Shown: positions 57,811 to 64,000 of the stretch, one piece after another
Numbering within the stretch: position 1 is the first letter of the stretch
Layout of the letters: each line of letters starts with the position of its first letter
NCBI GenBank assembly: GCA_043803945.1
Contig: JAZDJN010000038.1
Location: 9,029 to 73,028, forward strand
Direction of reading: 5' to 3'
DNA from: a bacterium
Lineage (GTDB): Bacteria; Bacteroidota; Ignavibacteria; UBA10030
DNA: 64,000 nt
Notes under the pieces: generated by a model
Database searches by the model: none
The model's input: only the letters and a program-made list of their open reading frames with translations
Told to the model about the DNA's origin: nothing
Position numbers and translations under genes: made by a program

Positions 57811-58266
57811 ATGCGAAAAGAAGATACTCCCATAAAGAATACAAAAGATACTCCCTTCTACTCAATAGGCACAGTAGCGAGGATGCTTGGAGTCTCCGTC
57901 CATACGCTGCGGATGTACGAACGGGAAGGATTGATGCTTCCCTATAAGAAGGAATCAAGCCATCGCCTCTATTCTGATATGGATGTCGAGCGACTTCGCT
58001 GCATCCGGCATGCCATCAATGAGGAAAAGATTAGCATTGCCGGTATACGAAGAATTTATGCCCTGATTCCATGCTGGCAGGTTGTCAAATGCTCCGACTC
58101 GCATCGCAGCAAATGCCCTGCGTACTCAGAACACACCAAGCCATGCTGGACGTATGACCACATACAGAATCCCTGTACAAAGCTGGATTGCAGATTGTGC
58201 GATGTCTATAAACTCTCCAGTGATTGCGGTAAGATCAAAGAGATGATAACAAATAGACCGAGATGA
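57811..58266 (+). CDS. MerR/HspR-family regulator with Cys-rich (two-CW-like) C-terminal domain
   Basis: YSIGTVARMLGVSVHTLRMYEREGL..P...HRLYS; CWQVVKC...CPAY...PCW...C..LDC.LC.VY. Confidence 0.85.
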   Translation: MRKEDTPIKNTKDTPFYSIGTVARMLGVSVHTLRMYEREGLMLPYKKESSHRLYSDMDVERLRCIRHAINEEKISIAGIRRIYALIPCWQVVKCSDSHRSKCPAYSEHTKPCWTYDHIQNPCTKLDCRLCDVYKLSSDCGKIKEMITNRPR

Positions 58267-60476
58267 CAATGAATGCTGTTTCCCGTAGAAAGTTTTTAAA
58301 AATATCTGCCGGCACAGTTGCGGTGGCCGCTTCCGGCTCTGCAATGATGAAGGGTACCGAGATGTTGACGGGAAAATCGAATACAGCGTCGGAAGGTATT
58401 CGGAAGATCCCCACCTATTGCGATATCTGTTTCTGGAAGTGCGGCGCAATCGCGTATGTCAGGGATGGGAAGCTCTGGAAAGTTGAAGGCAATCCGGAAG
58501 ATCCATTGAGCCGCGGAAGGCTCTGTCCTCGCGGTACCGGAGGCGTCGGTGCGCACTATGATCCGGATCGGTTAAAGTCTCCGCTCATTCGGAAAAAAGA
58601 ACGGGGTGAGGAAGTCTGGGTTGAGGTCACATGGGATGAAGCCTTTACCTACATCGCAGAAAAAATGCAGAAGATCAAGGGACAGTACGGCCCCGAAGCA
58701 GTTGCTCTCTTTGCGCATGGGATCGGTGGGAATTTTCTCAAGCACGCAATGAAAGCATTTGGCACGCCGAATATCGCGGCGCCCTCCTTTGCTCAGTGCC
58801 GCGGCCCGCGGGATGTCGGATTCCGCCTGACGTTCGGCGAAGATGTGAGTTCTCCGGAGCGGACCGACATTAAAAATGCACAATGCCTCGTCCTCATCGG
58901 CAGCCATCTCGGCGAAAATATGCACAACTCGCAGGTGCAGGAATTCGCCGATGCTGTCGAAAACAATGCTTCCATCATTGTCGTCGACCCCCGCTTCTCA
59001 GTTGCGGCGAGTAAAGCGAAATACTATCTCCCGATTAAACCCGGTACCGATCTAGGTTTGATTCTTGCCTGGATGAATGTCATTGTCAAAGAACAACTGT
59101 ATGATAAAGAGTACGTGCAGAAGTATGGATTCGGATTTGAACAATTCGCAGCGGAAGTTGCGGGCTATACTCCTGAATGGGCTTTTCCGGAAACGGGGAT
59201 TGAACCTGAACTGATTCGGAAGACAGCACGCGAAATGGCACGCTTTAAACCGTCAACACTTGTCCATCCGGGCCGGCATGTAACCTGGTACGGCGATGAT
59301 GCGCAGCGGAGCCGAGCCATTGCACTGTTGAATGCACTCCTTGGAAGCTGGGGAAGGAAAGGCGGATTCTACACTCCCGTCAGCATGGATGTCCCTGCCT
59401 ATCCCTACCCTGAGTATCCAAAGTCGCAAAAGGGAAAAGTCGATAATCCCGATCACAAATATCCATTTGCGCACGAAACGATTACCACCGGAATTCGTGA
59501 AGCAACACTCACCGGAAAACCTTACCCGGTTAAAGGTTGGTTCGTCTACGCGACGAATCTGCTGCACGCACTTCCCAATGAAGGGGAGACCATCAAAGCG
59601 ATTCAGAATCTCGACCTGCTTGTTGTGATCGATGTGATTCCCAGTGAGATTGCCGGATGGGCAGATGTCGTTCTGCCGGAATCTGTCTACCTCGAGCGAT
59701 ACGATGATATCAATGTAGAATGGTTCCGCGAACCCTTCGTCGCAATACGGCAACCCGTTGTGGAATCGCCCAATGAACAAAAACCAAACTGGTGGATGGC
59801 AAAGCAGTTGGTGGAGAAGCTTGGACTGTCTCAGTTCTTTCCCTGGAATGATATTGAAGACTATTTCAAAACACGGTTATCGGCCGTCGGGTTAAGCTAT
59901 GATGAATTAAAGAAAAAGGGGATCATCCGGGGTGCGAAACAGCCGATCTATTTTGATGAGGGTGTTCCCGCCGAATTCCCAACACCTTCGGGGAAAATTG
60001 AATTCTACTCCCTGCAGCTTGCCAAAGCCGGTTTCGATCCTGTACCGAAATACCAGCGCCCGAAGAGCGGGCCTCCGGGAAGTTTTCGACTGCTGTATGG
60101 CCGTTCTCCCGTACATTCGTTCAGCCGTACACAGACGAACCGCATCCTCTCCGATATGATGGAGGAGAATGAGGTCTGGTTGAATGCAGATGTTGGGCAG
60201 CGGATGGAGTTGAAAACGGGAGACTACGTTTGTCTGAAAAATCAGGATGGTGTGGTGAGCAACAGGGTGAAAGTAAAACTGACCCAGCGAATCCGATTCG
60301 ATTGTGTCTATATGGTACACGGCTTTGGTCATAACGCCAAAGGCTTAAGACATGCATATATGAAAGGGGCGAGTGATGCCCAACTGCTTACCCGATATGT
60401 GATTGATCCGTTGATGGGTGGGACAGGAATGAATATGAATTTCGTGACAATCGAACCGGAGGTGACTCTTGGCTAG
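58263..60476 (+). CDS. psrA: Polysulfide/thiosulfate reductase catalytic molybdopterin subunit (PsrA/PhsA-like)
   Basis: Tat signal SRRKFLK; [4Fe-4S] CDICFWKC...LCPRG; likely Mo-ligand Cys in FAQCRGPR; VVDPRFS, IKPGTD, ADVVLP, TPSGKIE. Confidence 0.8.
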   Translation: MTMNAVSRRKFLKISAGTVAVAASGSAMMKGTEMLTGKSNTASEGIRKIPTYCDICFWKCGAIAYVRDGKLWKVEGNPEDPLSRGRLCPRGTGGVGAHYDPDRLKSPLIRKKERGEEVWVEVTWDEAFTYIAEKMQKIKGQYGPEAVALFAHGIGGNFLKHAMKAFGTPNIAAPSFAQCRGPRDVGFRLTFGEDVSSPERTDIKNAQCLVLIGSHLGENMHNSQVQEFADAVENNASIIVVDPRFSVAASKAKYYLPIKPGTDLGLILAWMNVIVKEQLYDKEYVQKYGFGFEQFAAEVAGYTPEWAFPETGIEPELIRKTAREMARFKPSTLVHPGRHVTWYGDDAQRSRAIALLNALLGSWGRKGGFYTPVSMDVPAYPYPEYPKSQKGKVDNPDHKYPFAHETITTGIREATLTGKPYPVKGWFVYATNLLHALPNEGETIKAIQNLDLLVVIDVIPSEIAGWADVVLPESVYLERYDDINVEWFREPFVAIRQPVVESPNEQKPNWWMAKQLVEKLGLSQFFPWNDIEDYFKTRLSAVGLSYDELKKKGIIRGAKQPIYFDEGVPAEFPTPSGKIEFYSLQLAKAGFDPVPKYQRPKSGPPGSFRLLYGRSPVHSFSRTQTNRILSDMMEENEVWLNADVGQRMELKTGDYVCLKNQDGVVSNRVKVKLTQRIRFDCVYMVHGFGHNAKGLRHAYMKGASDAQLLTRYVIDPLMGGTGMNMNFVTIEPEVTLG

Positions 60477-61008
60477 ATTTGGAATGGTGATCGATACCAC
60501 GAAATGTGTCGGCTGCATGGATTGCGTTGTTGCATGCAAAACGGAGAATGAAGTCCCCGAAAGATTCAATCGTGATTGGATTGTCACCGATGTGAAGGGT
60601 ACCTATCCATCGCTTCACATGGAAATCCGTACGGAGCGCTGCAACCACTGTGACAATCCGCCATGCGTCTATTGCTGCCCCACCGGTGCAAGCCATGTGC
60701 ACGACCTCGGAGGTGTTGTCCTCGTAGAGCATAATGAATGTATCGGCTGCAAGGCATGCGTTGCCTCGTGTCCGTATGATGCCCGGTTCATTCACCCGGA
60801 TGGCTACGCCGATAAGTGCACATTCTGTATTCATCGTGTCGAAAAAGGTTTGGATCCGGCATGTGTCTCCGTTTGCCCGACACATTGTATGACCTTTGGC
60901 GATCTTGAAGATCTCAACAGCGAGGTGAGCCGGCTGATCAACTCGCGCAATCATCATGCCCTTATTCCCGAAGCGGGCACAGCACCGTGCATTCACTATC
61001 TGGTTTGA
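60469..61008 (+). CDS. psrB: 4Fe-4S electron-transfer subunit (PsrB/NrfC-like)
   Basis: CVGCMDCVVAC, CNHCDNPPCVYCCP, CIGCKACVASCPY, CTFC...PACVSVCP; TTG start. Confidence 0.85.
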   Translation: MARFGMVIDTTKCVGCMDCVVACKTENEVPERFNRDWIVTDVKGTYPSLHMEIRTERCNHCDNPPCVYCCPTGASHVHDLGGVVLVEHNECIGCKACVASCPYDARFIHPDGYADKCTFCIHRVEKGLDPACVSVCPTHCMTFGDLEDLNSEVSRLINSRNHHALIPEAGTAPCIHYLV

Positions 61009-61015
61009 GGCGAGC

Positions 61016-61963
61016 ATGTTTGAACAGACAATTACACGACACAATGAACTTATCGATCCTTCACTCCATGTCTGGGGATGGGAAATTCCTGTTTATCTCT
61101 TTATCGGAGGATTAGTTGCCGGTATCATGGTGATCTCTGGATATTTTGTGCTGAAGGGGCAATGGAAGAAAAATGTCTTCTCCTGTTTTTATCTTCCCCA
61201 CATCAGTCTCATTCTGCTGAGCGCGGGTATGTTCTCGCTCTTCCTCGACCTGGAGCATAAGCTGTATGTGTGGAGACTCTATACGACATTTCAAATTGCG
61301 TCGCCGATGTCGTGGGGTGCGTGGATTCTGGTGTTGATCTATCCGATCCTGTTCCTGAACACACTCATTCGAATTCCGGTTCAATTTCAGAACAAGATTC
61401 CAATCTTCGATAAACTTTCGGCATTTATTAACAAACATCCATTCCTTATCAAGAACATCGGCATTATGAATATGCTGATGGGTACTCTCCTCGGCATGTA
61501 TACCGGTGTCCTGCTGAGTTCACTCGGTGCACGCCCGCTCTGGAATAGCTCGATGCTCTGGATGCTGTTTCTGGTTTCAGGATTGTCCTCTGCTGCCGCA
61601 TTTGTTCACCTGATTACAAATGACGAATATGAACGAGAGCTTCTCGCCAAAGCGGATAATGCATTTCTTACGTTGGAGTTATTCGTTTTCGGCGGATTCA
61701 TCAGCGGACTTCTTACTTCTACAAGGGTTCACATAGAAGCGGTGCGTCTCATCCTCGATGGAGCGTATGCTGCATACTTCTGGGTCTTTGTTATATTGCT
61801 TGGAATCATCGTTCCTCTTGGCCTTCAATTGCTTGCCGTCAATCATAAAGTGAAACATACTCCGGTCGCTCCAATTCTGGTGATCGCCGGAGGATTATTT
61901 CTGCGTTTTATCATCGTTGCTGCTGGCCAGGTCAGCCACTGGACATCAGCATCTATCCGATAA
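61016..61963 (+). CDS. psrC: NrfD/PsrC membrane anchor
   Basis: WGWEIPVYLFIGGL, FLDL, SPMSWG, YTGVLL...ARPLW, GGLFLRF. Confidence 0.85.
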   Translation: MFEQTITRHNELIDPSLHVWGWEIPVYLFIGGLVAGIMVISGYFVLKGQWKKNVFSCFYLPHISLILLSAGMFSLFLDLEHKLYVWRLYTTFQIASPMSWGAWILVLIYPILFLNTLIRIPVQFQNKIPIFDKLSAFINKHPFLIKNIGIMNMLMGTLLGMYTGVLLSSLGARPLWNSSMLWMLFLVSGLSSAAAFVHLITNDEYERELLAKADNAFLTLELFVFGGFISGLLTSTRVHIEAVRLILDGAYAAYFWVFVILLGIIVPLGLQLLAVNHKVKHTPVAPILVIAGGLFLRFIIVAAGQVSHWTSASIR

Positions 61964-61975
61964 AGGAGATCGTCA

Positions 61976-62509
61976 ATGTCTACATCAACTGAAAGAGCAG
62001 CCCAGCCGTATTGGAATCCGTATGTTGCCGGTCTGGGCCTAGGGCTTGTCTTGCTGGCATCCTTCGTCATTATGGGGCGCGGCCTCGGTGCGTCGGGAGC
62101 ATTCTCTTCACTCGTGACCGTCGGTGTCCAGTCGGTTGCCCCGCAGCATGTCGCCAGTAACGAATTCTATTCTGAATATCTGGGTGACGGTACGAAGAGT
62201 CCATTAAAAGACTGGCTTGTCTTCGAAGTGCTCGGTGTTTTTGTTGGAGGATTTATTTCCGGAGCGCTTGCAAAGCGAAATACCAAGGTCGTCGAGAAAG
62301 GGCCAAACATCAGCGTACGAAACCGCCTGCTCCTCGCATTTCTTGGCGGCGGAATTATGGGAGTCGGTGCAAAACTGGCACGGGGATGCACAAGCGGTCA
62401 GGCATTAACCGGCGGAGCACTCTTCAATGTCGGCAGTTGGGCATTCATGATGATGGTCTTTGCTGGCGCCTATGCAATGGCGTATTTCGTAAGGAGACAA
62501 TGGCAATGA
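61976..62509 (+). CDS. YeeE/YedE-family sulfur (thiosulfate) transporter half
   Basis: WNPYVAG, GASG, GAKLARGCTSGQ. Confidence 0.85.
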   Translation: MSTSTERAAQPYWNPYVAGLGLGLVLLASFVIMGRGLGASGAFSSLVTVGVQSVAPQHVASNEFYSEYLGDGTKSPLKDWLVFEVLGVFVGGFISGALAKRNTKVVEKGPNISVRNRLLLAFLGGGIMGVGAKLARGCTSGQALTGGALFNVGSWAFMMMVFAGAYAMAYFVRRQWQ

Positions 62510-63105
62510 ACGCACCCTTTTTCAAATATGGATTATTCGGTGATGACATCAGTCTCGTCGTCGCATTTCTGATCGGTATAGGCTTTGGATTTTTCCTCGA
62601 GCGTGCCGGATTCAACAGCGCCAAGAAACTCGCAGCGCAATTTTACTTCACGGACCTCACGGTCTTTAAAGTCATGTTCACAGCCATCATTACAGCAATG
62701 ATTGGTGTATACTACCTCTCGGTCATCGGCTTCGTCGATCTCTCCCTAGTCTATCTCACGCCGACGTATCTGCTTCCGCAGGTAGTGGGCGGATTAATTT
62801 TAGGAGTCGGTTTTGTGGTCGGAGGTTATTGCCCGGGAACATCGTGCGTCGCAGCGGCGACCGGGCGGATTGATGGCGCGGTGTTTCTGATGGGAATTAT
62901 TGCGGGCATTCTGGTCTTCGGAGAAGTATTTTCTCTTGTCAGTAAATTCTATTCATCAACTCCGATGGGGCAGATCACATTGGCTCAGCTTTTTGGAGTG
63001 CCATATGGCTTGCTGGTTTTCCTTGTTGTGTTAATAGCGCTCGGTGGTTTTGCCGGAGCCGAGTGGGTTGAAAAGAAAATGGCAGCAAGGAAGGCGGGTT
63101 CATAA
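62506..63105 (+). CDS. YeeE/YedE-family sulfur transporter half
   Basis: GIGFGFFLERAGF, KVMFTAI, GGYCPGT; ATGA overlap with the upstream gene. Confidence 0.85.
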   Translation: MNAPFFKYGLFGDDISLVVAFLIGIGFGFFLERAGFNSAKKLAAQFYFTDLTVFKVMFTAIITAMIGVYYLSVIGFVDLSLVYLTPTYLLPQVVGGLILGVGFVVGGYCPGTSCVAAATGRIDGAVFLMGIIAGILVFGEVFSLVSKFYSSTPMGQITLAQLFGVPYGLLVFLVVLIALGGFAGAEWVEKKMAARKAGS

Positions 63106-63107
63106 TC

Positions 63108-63767
63108 ATGAAAAAATACTTTGCCAGCCTTAGCCTCAACGCCAAACTTGCCCTTACGGCATTTGTGCTTGGATTCGTTGCACTTTTTGCCGGCAATCCT
63201 TATCACGGCAGTGAAGCGACATTGAATGCAAAAGAGCTTGCTTTGATTGTCGAAAAGGAAGTCGATCATATCGGCGTCGAATCGCTCGCCGATTGGATCA
63301 TTCAGGGCAAATCTGATTATCGGCTGATCGATTTACGGAGCGAGAAGGAATATGCTGAGTACCACATCCCGACCGCAGAACAGATTACACTGACTGGATT
63401 GGAAAGTGCCCCGCTCCTCCGAAGCGAGAAACTTGTTCTTTACTCAGAAGGCGGTATCCATTCTGCACAAGCGTGGATGCTTCTGCGGGCAAAGGGATAT
63501 AAGGGAGTCTATATGCTTCGCGGAGGACTGGAGGAATGGAAGGACAAAATTCTCTTCCCGCGGATTCCGGAAAACTCGACCCCGGAACTCCTTGTTGAAT
63601 TCAACAAGACTAGGGAAGTGAGCAAGTATTTTGGCGGCACACCGCAGTCTGGTTCTGCAGAAGGGAAGAATAGCCCCGCACTCTCAATGCCGAAACTGGA
63701 AATGCCTTCTTCAGGTGCTGCACCGGCACTCGGCGGTCCGAAGAAAAAGAAAAAAGAGGGCTGCTAG
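63108..63767 (+). CDS. Membrane-anchored rhodanese-like protein with Ser at the catalytic Cys position and a C-terminal KKKKKEGC tail
   Basis: N-terminal TM helix; LIDLRS..EY...HIP.A, VLYSEGG, LRGGLEEW; the only Cys is the terminal residue. Confidence 0.8.
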   Translation: MKKYFASLSLNAKLALTAFVLGFVALFAGNPYHGSEATLNAKELALIVEKEVDHIGVESLADWIIQGKSDYRLIDLRSEKEYAEYHIPTAEQITLTGLESAPLLRSEKLVLYSEGGIHSAQAWMLLRAKGYKGVYMLRGGLEEWKDKILFPRIPENSTPELLVEFNKTREVSKYFGGTPQSGSAEGKNSPALSMPKLEMPSSGAAPALGGPKKKKKEGC

Positions 63768-63780
63768 CCCTGCATCCCTC

Positions 63781-63813
63781 AGTGTTCCCCGAATGCTTTT
63801 ATCGGGGATCTAC
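63781..63813. repeat. REP-like palindrome, family B
   Basis: AGTGTTCCCCGAATGCTTTTATCGGGGATCTAC differs at 3 positions from 57572-57604. Confidence 0.75.
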
Positions 63814-64000
63814 TGAGTGAAAATTCTTCGTTCTTTGTTGATCCTCCCTCACCCTTAATCCCTCTCCCGTGAAAGCTTCTCATTACCCACAATTCGTGAG
63901 AAGGGTGAGAGGACTTGTACAAGACGTTTATTTTCAATATGTTATTGAGATAAGTATACGATAACATATTGAAAGGAACAATATCATGGAGCGATGGATA

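Noticed and set aside
58263-60476. Respiratory arsenate reductase ArrA call, prompted by the nearby ArsM-like gene
   Set aside because: The size (737 aa), the absence of a recognisable ArrA (R/K)GRY motif, and the NrfD, YeeE/YedE and rhodanese neighbours fit PsrA/PhsA better. A phylogeny would be decisive.
63986-64000. ATG with upstream GAAAGGA at the right edge
   Set aside because: Only five codons are visible, so no call is possible.
1-64000. tRNA, rRNA, integrase, transposase or reverse transcriptase genes
   Set aside because: None was recognised by eye in the intergenic regions or the ORF track; a covariance-model scan was not possible.

Overview
Bacterial chromosomal window, most consistent with an Ignavibacteria-like member of the Bacteroidota/FCB group (inferred from a T9SS C-terminal-domain protein, a PorV-family barrel and non-SusC TonB receptors). 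From left to right: a partial HEAT-repeat gene, a LUD-domain pseudogene, DUF2264, and an ABC/AAA ATPase + DUF4276 pair. Next is a ~15.5 kb amino-sugar uptake locus: TonB receptor, T9SS cargo, PorV-like barrel, two tandem-GNAT proteins (one frameshifted), PIG-L deacetylase, an atypical clan GH-A-like hydrolase with CBM32, HGSNAT-like acyltransferase, NamZ and an SSS symporter. It is followed by a repeat-flanked GxxExxY gene, Dcp, an orphan sugar ABC ATPase, an HMA protein and TauE. A ~23 kb 3-keto-glycoside-type cluster (six Gfo/Idh/MocA, a TIM-barrel isomerase/lyase, HEAT and DUF1080 proteins) ends in a 7-heme cytochrome c, cytochrome b, a GT-C-like protein and ApbE. Then come a low-GC HicAB islet with a probable phage gene relic and a thioredoxin. 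The best candidate novel system is next: an ArsM-like methyltransferase, an unannotated 31-aa four-Cys peptide (54701-54796), a radical SAM/SPASM maturase and a Trx-TrxR fusion, i.e. a candidate arsenic/thiol-linked RiPP cluster. The window ends with a MerR-led polysulfide/thiosulfate reductase operon with YeeE/YedE proteins and an unusual rhodanese. Several REP-like palindromic repeat families occupy the intergenic spaces. No rRNA, tRNA or CRISPR array was recognised. All product calls come from motif recognition by eye; no searches were run.
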